Assembly (NCBI RefSeq): GCF_006345805.1
Contig: NC_043006.1
Span: forward strand, 82,274,001-82,338,000
From: Octopus sinensis
Taxonomy: Eukaryota
Reading direction: 5' to 3'
DNA: 64,000 bases
The notes under the pieces were generated by a model, which worked only from the letters and a program-made list of their open reading frames with translations, was not told the DNA's origin and ran no database searches. The position numbers and the translations under genes were made by a program. Numbering within the stretch: the first letter of the stretch is position 1; each line of letters opens with the position of its first letter. This document shows, one piece after another, positions 23,317-37,076 of this stretch.

Positions 23317-25734
23317 TCTATGCTACAAATATATACGAGCATGTCCAGATCTGCAAGTATATGCATGAGAAGACATACATAAAACAAAACATACAAATCT
23401 GCACGTATACATACATACAAAATACCTTGGTGTTGATGTTGAAATTGTAATGAAGGAGCCTTAGATCTAGGCTAGAAACTGGCTATTTCTCTATTGGCAA
23501 CAAATCTCGAAATAAAACTGAATAATGACTTACATACATACAAACATATATACATAAATGAATAAATAACATACATACATACATACATACATCATTCATA
23601 CATACATACATACATACATACATACATACATACATACATACAAACAAACAAACAAACAAACAAACAAACATATATACATGCATGCATGCATACATGCTTG
23701 CATACGGTCATGAGATTTCTTCCACTTTGCGTCAACCGAATTTCACTCACAAGGCATTGGAAAAACTAAAGAAGCAAAATATTGCTAAAGGTCAAACTGA
23801 CATCTATAACTTTAAACAAACAATCAAGTAAATTGAACTGAAGATTATTGTTCAGATTGTTGTCTACCTATGTGACAATTAGTTCTGGCATTTGAACAAC
23901 AAACAGTAGCCTAAAAATCACATTCTTTGTTCATGGGGGAGGCTTTTGTTGTTTTTTAATAGTTTTATTCCATAGAATTTTCTTCTATCTTTTTGACTTG
24001 GTGGCACATTGTGAATCATTAAAAAAAATTACTGGAGTACTTTGTATAAAAAGTTAAACAAAAGGATAAAAATAAAATAAAACTGGTTTTGAACTTCAAA
24101 ATTTGGAAAATTACTGAATATGTATCTGTATTTGTGAGTGTGTGTATTTGTGTGTGTGTGTGTGTGTGTGTTTTTTGTTGTTGAACAGACCTATGATCAA
24201 AAGTATGCCTGCTGTGACCATCTTGTTTGTTTTGTTTATTTTATTGATATTTGCATGTTTATTTATTTCTGTGTCTGGCATAAAGCACAGTCTGGCTGAA
24301 ATGTTAAAACGTTTGTTTCACAACCATTAGGTCTTGGGTTCAATTCTAGTGAATGTATGACATCTTGGGCAAATGTCATTTTCTAAAACCATTGGTCAAC
24401 CCATTCTTTATGTAATGAAATCTGGTAGATGGAAATTATACTGAAGCCTATCAAACGGATTGTGTTTGTAATTCAAAGGTACACCTTTTTTACACCCTGT
24501 GTATGGGTTCTCACCCGAGAACCCATAGACATGTATATCTGTTAAGGGTATACATGCCTACAGAATGCTCAATCACTTAGGCTGTGTGTTGTGTTCTTGA
24601 GCAAGACACTTTATTTCACACTGCTTAAGTTCACTCAGCTGTAGAAATGAGTTGTGATGTTACTAGTGTCAAGTTGTATTAGCCTTTGTCTTTCCCCTTG
24701 GATAACACCGGTAGTGTGGAGAGAGGAAGCTGGTATGCATGGGCGACTGACTACTGGTCTTCCATAAACAACTTTGCCTAGACTTGTGCCTTGGAGGGGA
24801 ACTTTCTAGGTGCAATCCCATGTCATTCATGACCGAAGGGAGTCTTCGCTCTTTACTCTAGGTGACCTGACAAACAACAATCAAGATATTCTCTTTCAGT
24901 TCTATAAGAGAATTCACAACATCAGGTCATTGTCCCCTGTTCGTGACAAGGGTAGCAGCTTCATAAAATATTCATCCAATATTGCATGGGACTAGATTAT
25001 AATAAATTTGTAAAATTTATATTTTTAGTGAAACTCCTTGTAACACATAAAGGTTGTGGTAGTTTGATTTTCTGAAAAAGCATGTCCAATGAAAATCAAT
25101 ATTTTTAACCTAAAATAGTATCAGTTGTGAAAGTACATGCTTTTGCATTTAACTGTTGATATTTTTTATCTTCTAGTAAATGAACTTAACATTTAAATTG
25201 TAACAGAGTGATACCAGCATTCATCTCTTTTGCTGGTGTATTTTTGCTGTCGTAATTAAGAAGTTTAAAATTAAAAGCACGGAAATATAAAGACAATGTG
25301 AAGGGAAAAAAGTGAAATGAAAGTTAACAAAAGGGGAAAAACAACATATCTTAAAGGTCATCATGACATCTACAACCTCAGTGACATAATTATTTCTGGC
25401 AGTTGAGCAAATAGTAACATTGTGGTTACACTATATTTATTGTTTCAACAGTCTCAGTGAGTGGACTGTGACCATGCTGGAGCACTTCTTGCAAAGGTGC
25501 ATTTAAAGAAATCAACCACAGTATTTATTTTTCAAGCTTGGTACTTTACTATTGATCTCTTTTTGCCAAACTGCTGTGGCGTTACAAGGTGGTAAACAAA
25601 CCAAGACTGGTTGTCAAATAGTATGTGCCTGAACACAAAACTACACACACACATACGTGTGATTAAATCTATCTATATATATCTTTGTTGCTTTTGCAGA
25701 TTCCCATGACTCTCTGTCACCATCCAATTCCATT

Positions 25735-26545
25735 GTTACCTCCACCTTAGCAAAGGCAGAAGTATTGTTTTCAGTCATGTTTGTTTGTTTGTCCATGGAC
25801 AAGATATCTCACGAACTGCTGGGTGGATTTGGATGAAACTTTCAGGGATGTTTGGCCTCATGACTGGCACGAACCGATTTGATTTTGGGATCAATCCAGT
25901 ATCAGACAAGGATTCTGGATTATTTGTTATATTTACTTTACATGATTACAATCTTACGTCAACTTTCAAGTCTTTCTGAGTTATCTCCCTTTAGGCTGTA
26001 ACTATTTTGATTTGAATGATGAATTTGTTAACATTGGCTTGTATTAAAAGTAAACTATTTATTACTGCTGTGGAGGTGCGTGACTTAGTGGTTAGGGTAT
26101 CAGCATCATGATCATAAGATTGTGGTTTCGATTCCTGGACCAGGCGATGCATTGTGTACTTGAGCAAAACACTTCATTTCACATTGCTTCAGTCCACTCA
26201 GCTGGCAAAAATGAGTAATGCTGCGATGGACTGGCATCCTGTCCAGCTGGGGAACACATATGCCATAGAAACCGGGAAACCAGGCCCATGAGCCTGGCTA
26301 GGCTTTAAAATTTTCTACAGCCACCTTCACATTCCATGACTACCATTGGGATCGATTAGGTACCAGACAAGGATTCTGGATTATTTTTCTGGAGTTTTTA
26401 CTTAATTTTTGAGAGCAGTCGGGTTCATTTCTAGTATTCTCATTTGTGACAGCAGTTGAGTTTACTTCAGATATTCTGATTTAAAAGTCATCTCTAGCTA
26501 ATCATTGAAAGGATGTTGGTGTTGCCTTGGAGGAGATTTGTGCTC
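25735..26545 (-). mobile_element. Second Helentron-like copy, interrupted by a SINE (26070-26310)
   Basis: Reverse-complement homology to 18378-18496 and 19260-19505. Confidence 0.5.
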
Positions 26546-26891
26546 TCTCAGTGCTCAATATGAATTTGAATTGGAAGCTTGAGTCACTGTGCATCTTTCA
26601 TTAGCTGATTACACAGTTATGGACAAGTTGCAGTTACTCTCTTGATAGAGCTTAGTGATCCTGACTGTTGATCTAGGTTTCCTTCACTCAGCATCAACAT
26701 AAGAAGCACGGTTGGCTCAGTTGAGCTCTTCTGCTACCTCTTCATAATCCGCCATGCTGACTTCATTGTATCCCTGGTTGAGTAGTTGAATGGGGGGCCA
26801 TGCCTTGCCAAAGGGCAGCCTGTAACTATGCATGACATGGGTGTCACTCTGTGAAGTATTTTCAAAATATCTGTATATCCAAATCTATCAA

Positions 26892-26938
<47 letters not shown>

Positions 26939-27752
26939 CAATAGAGGAGTCCAATGTAATCCATAGGCAGGAGAGGTGCAGCTGAATTGTAGAAAGTCCA
27001 GTAGAAGTTGGTGGGTGATGAGAGAAGACAGGTAGAATCCGTAGAAGTTCAGGTGTGATGAGATGATATATATAAGAGAAAAATGGCATAGGTACTAGGG
27101 TCTTTTGGTTCAGGTTAACCCTTCAAGGCAGTGCTTCAGCAAGGTATTGGTTGGCCCAGGGCAGTAGTAGAACACGCTTGCCGAAGGTGCTATATAGTAG
27201 GACTGAGCCCAGAAACTTCTCAACCACACACCCAAGCCTACAACTGGTTCTAATTATTTCATTGTTATTGATTATATATATATATATATATACACACACA
27301 TACACACCACAGATTTCCACAGTTTCACTCTTAAGGCATTGGTTGACCCAGGGTGATAGTAGAAGACAAATGCCCAAGGATGCTACACAATAGGACTGAA
27401 CTTAAAGCCATGTTGTTGCAAAGCAAACTTCTTAACCACTAGCCATGCCTGCTTTGAGAAGTAAAATTATTGCTGAGAAGAATTCAGGAGCCTGTTTTAG
27501 GGTTCCTGTCTAGTTCTTCCATGGCACTTTGCTTGAGAAGGTAAAGTAAAAACAAACTAGGTTTTGAAAAAGAAAAGAATTATGAACTTTTACCTATTGT
27601 GTTTCATTAACTGGTTTCAAATTTTCACATAAGGACAGCAATAAGTACCAGTGCTTAACTGGTACTTATTTTATTGACCTTGAAAGGATGAAAGGCTAAG
27701 TCAACTTCAGCAGAACATGAATTTAGAAAGTAAAGTCGGATGAAATGTCACT

Positions 27753-28142
27753 AGGAGTGGCTGCGTGGTAAGTAGCTTGCTTACCAACCACATGGTTCCG
27801 GGTTCATTCCTACTGCGTGGCACCTCGGGCAAGTGTCTTCTACTATAGCCTCGGGCCAACCAAAGCCTTGTGAGTGGATTTGGTAGACGGAAACTGGAAG
27901 AAGCCCGTTGTATATATGTGTATCCGTGCATGTCTGTGTGTTTGTGTTTATCCCCCTAACATCGCTTGACAACTGATGCTGGTGTGTTTACGTCCCCGTA
28001 ACTTAGTGGTTCAGCAAGAGACCGATAGAATAAGTACTAGGCTTACAAATAATAAGTCCTTGGGTCGATTTGCTCGACTCAAAGCGGTGCACCAACATGG
28101 CTGCAGTCAAATGACTGAAACAAGTAAAAGAGTAAAGAGTAA
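27753..28142 (+). mobile_element. SINE family A
   Basis: Full homology. Confidence 0.85.
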
Positions 28143-29984
28143 GCATTTTTGCCTGGTGTGATAACAATTCTGCCAGCTCACCACTTTGTTTTTTTGGGGG
28201 TTTTATTTTATTAATTATATTCGTAATTAAAATGGTAAGCTGGCAGAATCATTAAGGACAAAACTGAAAGAAGCCCGTCATATATATAAATATTACTCTT
28301 TTACTTGTTTCAGTCATCTGACTGCTGGAGTACCGCTTTTGATACACCAAACATTTCAGCTGTTTTCGTTACATTAGCGCCTGCCATATGAGCACCAGTA
28401 GTTTGACCTCTTTGGAAGTCCGATAGATCTATCATTTTAATGAATTTTAATTACCTTTTTCTGATAATATCTGAAAAGAAACAGCAATTTTAGCAAAACA
28501 TATTAAGCAACACTAATAAATCAAAAAACATAAAAATAAACAAGCTTTTGACAGTTTTATAGATATTTCAGAATTATGATGCTAGGTGTTGCCATTATTT
28601 TGTCCAACCCCTTTATATATATATGATAGTCTTCTTTCAGTTTCTGTCTACCAAATCCACTCACAATTTTTAGGTCAGTCTGAGTCTATAATTACTAAAG
28701 CTTTTTAAATTACACATTTTTCTTCTAATTCCTCCCTTTATTGAATATATTAATTAATTGCAGTTAAAATTTCTAGAACTGGTTGATATTTGTTACTTGT
28801 TGTCAACAGTTAAGAGGAACTGACACACCTCATCATTTAACATCCATTTTCCGTGCTGGCATGGGTTGGATGGTTTGACCAGAGCTGGTAAGGTCAGGGG
28901 CCTCACCAGGCTCCATTGTCTGCTCTGGCATGGTCTCTAAGGCTGGATGCCTCTTCTAACACCAACCACTCCACAAAGTGTACTGGGGCTTTTTATGTGG
29001 CACCATCACCAGTGGTTTTAGCATGATACCAGTACAAGTGCCTTTTATGTGGCACCAGCACTAGTATCAATTCTGCTGTGGTGAAGAGTCTTCTTGAGTA
29101 CAGCAATGCACCAGATATCTCAGTCCTTAGTCTTCATAAGACTCCAGTGTCTTGTGATTAGCCTTCAGTAATTCGTCTCATGTCTTCCTTAAGTTTTATC
29201 CACTTTAAGCGACTGGTATTTCTGTATGCAAATGTTTGTACACAAAATAAATGTCCCTTTCCAAAGACACAAACAAATTTCTTATAGCTATATGAACTTG
29301 CACTTCATAAGCTAGTACTGAAATTACATTATTCACATGAATATCTTGATGAAACAAAATAAAAGAAGATTAAAAAAAAAACGATTACATATAAATCTCT
29401 GAAAAATAACAACTGACAAATTCATTAGAAAAATAAAATATGTTTATTTAAATACCAAAAAATCTAAATGGTTAGCAAAATCTCCAGCCCCTCCTTACTA
29501 AAAACAAAAATCTCTGAAATCATCACTCTCCTAAGATAATTAATTCACTTGAGTATGTAAGCTATTAATTAATGAGTTTAGCAGCATGAGTAAGAACGTT
29601 TTTACATTTAAAAAAAAATTTAATCCATTCTTGAAGGCAACTCATTTCCCCAAGCTAAATCAAACAAGAGCAATCGAATTCACACAAACCACAAGAGGGA
29701 ATAACCTGGAATTTGAAGAAACTACAGAGTTACTGAACTTGTTGAAACCTTCTTGCATATTAATAGAACTCATTTACTGAAATATTCCAAATATTTTGAA
29801 TACTAAAGACAATAAGTCTCTGGCTGTGATTATATGCAGAGTCTCATTGCTCTGAAACTTTTGATGCAACCCTTTTCATACCAACCTATCCAAGATTTCT
29901 TTTTGTTTTATGATACAGACATCCAGTTTTAAAGTAATCTAAATTAAAACCTTCCATCAAAATTTCTGTTCTACTATAGGCACA

Positions 29985-30405
29985 AGGCCTGAAATTTGAA
30001 GGAAGTTGGGTAGTAGATTATATCATTCCCAGTGCTTTACTGCTGTTTATTTCATCAACCCCGAGAGGTTGAAAGGCAAAGTTGACCTTGGCACAATTAG
30101 AACTCAGAACATAAAGATGGACAAAATGCCACTAAGCATCTTGCCTGGCATGCTAATGGTTCTACCAGTTCTGCCAGTTTAATAATCCTTTCTACTATAG
30201 GCACAAGGCCTGAAGTTTTGGGGGAGGGGGGTCTAGTCGATTGCATCGACACCAGTGTTTCACTGGTATTTAATTTATCGACCTTGAAAGAATGAAACAC
30301 AAAGTTGACCAAGGTGGAATTTGAACTCAGAATGTAGCAACAGACAAAATACCATTAAGCATTTCACCCGGCATGCTAATGATTCTACCAGCTCGCTGCC
30401 TTTGC
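29985..30405 (-). mobile_element. Cluster of SINE family B fragments
   Basis: Repeated ctactataggcacaaggcctgaa and gaaaggcaaagttgacc segments. Confidence 0.7.
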
Positions 30406-30454
30406 CAGTTTAATAATGACAGTTGTTTTAGTTGTTTTATGAAATTCTTTGTTA

Positions 30455-31480
30455 TTAGGTTGTTCTGAAAATAATGGCCACTCTAAGTGTTATGTTTTGA
30501 AACACAATTTTATCATATTTTAATTATATTTTAGGTGTATTTCAACATACTTAATAACTGATGTATGCTCTTTAATAATTTTCTACTTATTTCAGATAGA
30601 AAACATTCTTGAAGCATAGGCGCCCTTAATTATGAACATGACAAAAAAGGACTTTTCGTGCATGAGTTCAAGCTTGGGCACAATGCCTCCCAAATTGCTG
30701 CCAATATCAACAGAACATGGAGAGAGGGGCCCACAAGTGATCGCACAGTACAAAGGTAGTTTCAGAAACTCTGTAGTGGTGATGAGAGCCCTTGAAGAAG
30801 GTAGGGGATGGTCATGCAGTCTTAGCAATGAACAATTGAAAGCAATTGTTGAACAAAACCCACGTCAAAGTGTCAGAGAAATGTGATGATTCCCCAACAA
30901 GCATTTCCCAAAGCCAAAGTTGCATCAGTAGAAGATTATGCCTGACTGTCTGGTAGTCTGCAATTGATGTTGTCCATTACAGTTTTCTGGAAGCCAATCA
31001 GAGAATTACAGCAGAGGTTTACTGCATTCAACTCACTGAAATGCATGCTCACTTGCAAAAATTAAGATCTGCATTGGTGAATCGGCATGGCCCAATTCTG
31101 CTCCACGATAATGCAAACCCACATGTTGCAAAAATGATGCTGACGAAACTCACAGACTTGGGATACGAGACTATACTACATCTTCCATATCCTCCTGATC
31201 TTTCACCCATTGACTATAATTTTTTTTAAATCATTTAAACACGTTTTTAAGCAATAAAACTTTCAGGTCCAAACCAGAGGTGGAATCATCATTCAAAGAT
31301 TTCTTAGAATCAAAGCCAATAAGTTTTTATTGACAAGGCATAAATAATCTTGTTGATCGATGGCAGAGATGCACAGATGTTCAAGGCTCATACTTTGACT
31401 AATCAAAACATTTCTCTTGTTAATTTTTCCAGAATAAAATCATTTTTCTGAAATCGGCCATTATTTTCGAAACAACCTAA
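30455..31480 (+). mobile_element. Internally deleted mariner (second family)
   Basis: TIRs ttaggttgttctgaaaataatggcc / ggccattattttcgaaacaacctaa; motifs IVEQNPRQSVREM, LLHDNANPHVAK, YPPDLSPIDY. Confidence 0.85.
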
Positions 31481-32326
31481 TTAGCATAAAAGCAGTGTAT
31501 TTCAGTAGTAATATGGTAACAAACTGGTTAATGCTCATTTGGTCTTCACTCTTCTAACCAGTCCTGATACAGCAGGTCTATGATCAAAGGCATTCCAGTC
31601 ATGACCACTGTCTTTTGTCTCTTTACTCAGTATGACTATATGTCTCATAGATGCATGACTTTTTCACTTTCTGAGAAAACAGGGTTTGATTTAAGAGAGA
31701 TTTAGTTTCCATTTCTAGCAGGTCATATGACCACATAGATTCCTTCATTGTCTCTACAAGCATAGGTTGATTCCATGGACCTTGGTTTGCAATTATTTTT
31801 ATCAAATAATTGCTGTTGAAAGACATCGCAGAAGATGCTGGAAGATGCAGGGTGGAATCGGTGGATGAAGTAGTACCACTAGAAGTCCGGGAGCAGTGCT
31901 TGAGGTGAAGCTTTTAAGGTGGCACTTTTGGGTCTGCTGTATAAGCATGTATTCAAATATTGCTGGGAGGCATGGGGTGGTATTGGCATACTCAAAGGCT
32001 GCCTCAGGTGGCACACATTCTAGATGTGTCACTAGGTGAATAGTTTAGTGAGAGTGGATGTAGAAGATAGGGCAAAATGGAGAAGGACAAAGGACCTCAA
32101 TGAAGCTAACCCTGGAGAAGGTCATAAGACCCACAAAAAGTTAACCCTTGCTTTAGCAAGGAAAACGGTCTTAAAGTGCCAGTTGTTGCTGCTGTTGTGA
32201 TTGTGTGTTATACAATTCTGTGACAGATTTCCATTTTTGTTTAAAATAACACAAAACACTCCAACAAACAAAAGCAACAACTAAATATCACTGATAAAAA
32301 CATACACTGAAGATAATTTGAAAATA

Positions 32327-32454
32327 TTATATTTTCTCAGAACTGGCATCTAAGACCTCTTCATCCTCATCAGTTGAGTTTAAGTCATCAGCATCTTTAT
32401 CAGCTGGATTCAAGTCATCAGGCTCTGTTTTGGCAGTCGGTGTGTAAATCAGAT
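32327..32454 (-). CDS. PUSL1: PUSL1-like last coding exon (acidic tail, TAA stop)
   Basis: tttttcttacag| in phase 1; DLIYTP...SSEKI*. Confidence 0.75.
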
Positions 32455-35400
32455 CTGTAAGAAAAAGAAAACAATGTGAATAATAATCATCATCATCGTT
32501 TAACATCCATCTTCCATGTTAGCATGGGTGCGATAGTACCAAGAGCCAGCCAGGCCAAAGCCTGCACCAGTCTTCTGTATGTATGCCAAGGTGGAACACC
32601 AAGCCGCCATCTCTTCAGTTATATGGCCATCGGAATTTTTTTTTCATAGCATTTTTCCGATGGCCGGATAACTGAAGAGACGGCGGCATGAATTTCCACC
32701 TCAGCATCTGAAACTCAGAGTTTTATCATGGCTACCGAATAATTGTCTCATATTACATTTACAGATATATATATATATCCACACCCCACCCACACATCCC
32801 ATCACCTCATACACACTAGCACTGACCACTTCCCAGTATCCACACCATCATGCACACATTACAGACACACGAACTTACATGCGCACACATCCACACATCA
32901 AAGTCACTAACCCCTATCCACACGCACATTTACACACTCTCACATACACATGTGCACCTTCGTTTTGGGATCATCAGTACTTTATTATCTTCCCTTCTTT
33001 CTAGCTCTCCTGTCCAACTACCTTTTTCCAACCAGTCATCATGATTGACCGCTAAAATCTAAAGTTTTATTTTCTCATGTTCCTTTCTGTTGAAGAGCAT
33101 AGGTGCAAAATGTAAAAGACTTTCTCACCTTCATGAGCATCAAACTAATACACCTGCTTGTTGTTTATACACCTGTCTTTGTCTTTTGTTTTTCTGTATA
33201 TTTCAACTACACACACACACACACACACATAATCTCATCGATTAACGTCCATTTTCCATGCTGGCATGGATTGGACAGTCTGACTGGGGTCTGGAGAACC
33301 AGCGACTGCACCTGGCTCCAATCTGGTCATGCACAGTTTCTAAAGCTGGATGCCCTTCCTAATGCCAACCACTCCAATACACATAGTTACATGCAATTGT
33401 GTTTCCGTCAACCAAATCTATCATGAGGCTTTGATCAGCCAGTGTTATAGAAGACTCTCACTCAGGATCCAATGCAATGGGACTGAACCTGGAACCATGT
33501 GCAACTACGTATGCACATATAGTGAAACAAGTGAAAGAATAAATGATTTCTTTTCAATTAGGGGATATTACCTTTGGGATCATAATATATATTGGAGAGA
33601 TAAAGTCCACAAGCGGGTAGACTTTTGATTTTTGTGTCAGTGGCCTTTAAGCAAGGCTTTAGTAATTTCTGTTGGATGTCATCAACTGTCAGTTCATCAA
33701 TTGCCACCTGCACCATGGCACCAACCATTCGACGAATCTGCAAGATATATTTATATATATTTCTTATTTATTTTAGAAAGGAAAAACCAAATTTTAGTTT
33801 ACATACAGACACAAGAGACATTCATCAATAACAATAATAAGAGAAGGAAGGGAGGGAGGAAGGAAGGAAGGACTGTGTGATTTGAAGTTTGCTCTGTAGC
33901 CATGTAGCTTCAGATTTTGTCCCACTGTATGGCATTTTGGGCAAAGATCTTTTAATTATAACTGTGGGCTGACCAATGTTAACAATAAATGAAATTTTGG
34001 TAGACAGCAAAAATACAGAAGTTTGTTTTGTGAGTGTGCCACTGCCACTGTCATCATCATCGTTTTAACATCCACTTTTCCATGTTTGCATGGGTTAGAC
34101 AGAGTTTACTGAGGCAGGTTTTCTACAGACAGCTACCCTTCTCCTCACCAACCCTCGCGTGTTTTCAAACAAGGTAATATTTCCCCATGGCCAGAAATGT
34201 TTTAGCAGAATATTGGAGATGTACAACAGTCGCATGATGTCAAGACAAGGAGACAAAAACAAACAAACAAACACACACACACACACACACTAGCATCATC
34301 ATCATCATTTAACATCTTTCCATACTGGCATGAGTCTGATGATTTGACAGGAGCTGGCAAGGTAGCGAGCTGTGCCAAGCCCTACTGTCTGTTTCAGCAT
34401 GATTTCTACAGCCGAATGTCTTTTCTAATGCCAACCACTTTATAAATGTACTGGATGCTTTAACAAGTTTCTTTCAACCAAATCCATTCACAAGGCTTTG
34501 ATCATCACAAGGCTATCATAAAAGACACTTGCTCAAGGTGTCACACGGTGGGACTGAACCCAAAACGTGACTGGGAAGCAAACTTCTTAATCACAATCAT
34601 ACAACCATGCATACACCTATTATATATATAAGTGCAGGTGTGGCTGTGTAGCAAGAAGCTTCTTCCCAACCACATGGTTCTGGGTTCAGTCCCACAGCAT
34701 GGCATTTTGGGCAAGTCTCTTCTACTATAGCTTTAGACTGACCAAAACCTTGTGAGTGGACTTCATAGATGGAAATTGAAAGAAACCCATTGTGTGTGTG
34801 TGTGTATATATATATGCATGTGTGTCTTTGTGTCTATGTTTGTCCCCTACTACTGCTTGACAACCAGTGTTGGTGTGTTTACATCCTTGTAACCTAGCAG
34901 TTTGGCAAAAGAGACCAATACAATAAGTACTAGGCCTAAAAACAATAAGTCCTGGGGTTGATTTATTTGACTAAATCTCTTCAAGACGGTGCCCCAGCAT
35001 GGCCACAGTCAGATGATTGAAATAAGTAAAAGATAAAGATATATGTGTGTGTATGTTTATGAATAAGGCTATAATGCAAGCCTAGCTAAGTGGTTAAGAA
35101 GTCTGATTCCCAGCCACATGATTTCTGGTTCAATCTCACAATGTGGTACCATGAGCAAGTGCCTTTTACTATAGTCTTGGGCTAATCAAAGCCTAAAGAG
35201 TTAATTTAGTAATAGGAAACTGAACAAGAAACCCATCATAAGTGCATGTGTGTCTCTTTGTTTTCACATTAGATGATAAATGTCAGCGGTGGTGCCCCAG
35301 CATGTCTGCGGCCTTTGGGTTAAAACATTTTTAAGGATTTAAGGATTTAAATGTTAACATCATACAAATGTATCATCTGTTTTAAATTTCTTCCATAATG

Positions 35401-37032
35401 AAATGTCAAGACTAGGGAAATTAACACTCTGGAAACAGGTAAGAGTTGATGATGAGAAGAGAAAAATATCTCAAAAAATCTCTCAAATTGTTTTGTCTAA
35501 CCCATGCAAACATGGGAATGTGAATGTTAAAATATTGATGATGATAATAATGATTATGATATGTATGTATGCTTGAGGAGACCTATTGAGTCAAGTACAT
35601 CAACATCAAAATAAATATCAAATGGAAATTGTAGTTGTGATACCTGTGCCGGTGGCATGTAAAATGCACCATCCGAACGTGGCCAATGCCAGTGCCGCCT
35701 TGACTGGCTTCTGTGCCGGTGGCACGTAAAAAGCACCCACTACACTCACGGAGTGGTTGGCGTTAGGAAGTGCATCCAGCTGTAGAAACACTGCCAGATC
35801 AGACTGGAGCCTGGTGCAGTCTCCTGGCTTCCCAAACCCCAGTCGAACCGTCCAGTCCATGCTAGCATGGAAAGCAGATGTTTAATGATGATGATGATGA
35901 TGTATGAATCTATCTATCTCATCTGTCTTTCATCATCATCATTTAATGCCTGCTTTCCATGCTGGCATGGGTTGGACGATTCAACTTCAACCAATCTTTT
36001 CACTCCGAGAACATTAACCATGCTGAAGTGTCCTACCTAGTCATGTTTTTTCTTGCAGGTATTACTTTATATATGTATATATATATGTGGAGGCACAATG
36101 GCCCAGTGGTTAGGGCAGCAGACTCACGGTTTCGATTCCCAGACCGGCCGTTGTGAGTGTTTATTGAGCGAAAACACCTAAAGCTCAACGAGGCTCCGGC
36201 AGGGATGGTGGTGATCCCTGCTGTACTCTTTCATCACAACTTTCTCTCACTCTTACTTCCTGTTTCTGTTGTACCTGTATTTCAAAGGGCCGGCCTTGTC
36301 ACTCTCTGTGTCACGCTGAATATCCCCGAGAACTACGTTAAGGGTACATGTGTCTGTGGAGTGCTCAGCCACTTACACGTTAATTTCATGAGCAGGCTGT
36401 TCTGTTGATCGGATCAACTGGAACCCTCGTCGTCGTAACCGACGGAGTGCTTCCATATATATATATATATATATATATATATCATCATCATCATCATCAT
36501 CGTTTAACGTCCGCTTTCTATGCTAGTATGGGTTGGACGGTTCAACTGGGGTCTGGGAAGCCCGAAGGCTGCACAAGGCCAGTCAGATCTGGCAGTGTTT
36601 CTACAGCTGGATGCCCTTCCTAACGCCAACCACTCCGTGAGTGTAGTGGGTGCTTTTTATGTGCCACTGACACAGGTGCTAGACAAGGCTGAAGAACGGC
36701 CACGCTCAGATGGTGTTTTTTACGTGCCACCAGCACGGAGGCCAGGCGAGGCTGGCACGGCCAAGATCGGATAGTGTTTGTTACGTGCCCACAGCACGGA
36801 GGCCAGTCGATGCGGTACTGGCTACGGCCATGTTCGGATGGTTTTCTTATGTGCCACCGGCACTGGTACCACATAACTACAAATTCCATTGATGTTCATC
36901 GATTTTGATTTGATTTGATTTTCACTTGCCTCAACAGGTCTTCACAAGTAGAGTTATGTGTCCCAAATATATATGAAATATATATATGTATATATTTATA
37001 TGTATATATTTATATGTATATATATGTATATA

Positions 37033-37076
<44 letters not shown>

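Noticed and set aside
23420-23480. ATGAAGGA-GCCT..AGGC-TAGAAAC motif in a short repeat
   Set aside because: Too far from the HHR consensus; no stem I.
31830-32140. Possible RTE 3' remnant (..DRAKWRR..)
   Set aside because: Too decayed to call with confidence.
32303-32332. CTGAAGA-TAATTT-GAAA-ATAT-TA hammerhead-like string at the PUSL1 stop/3' UTR
   Set aside because: No stem II or stem I pairing; chance match in AT-rich DNA.
36088-36170. tRNA genes
   Set aside because: The tRNA-like segments are SINE heads continuing into SINE bodies; no full cloverleaf.
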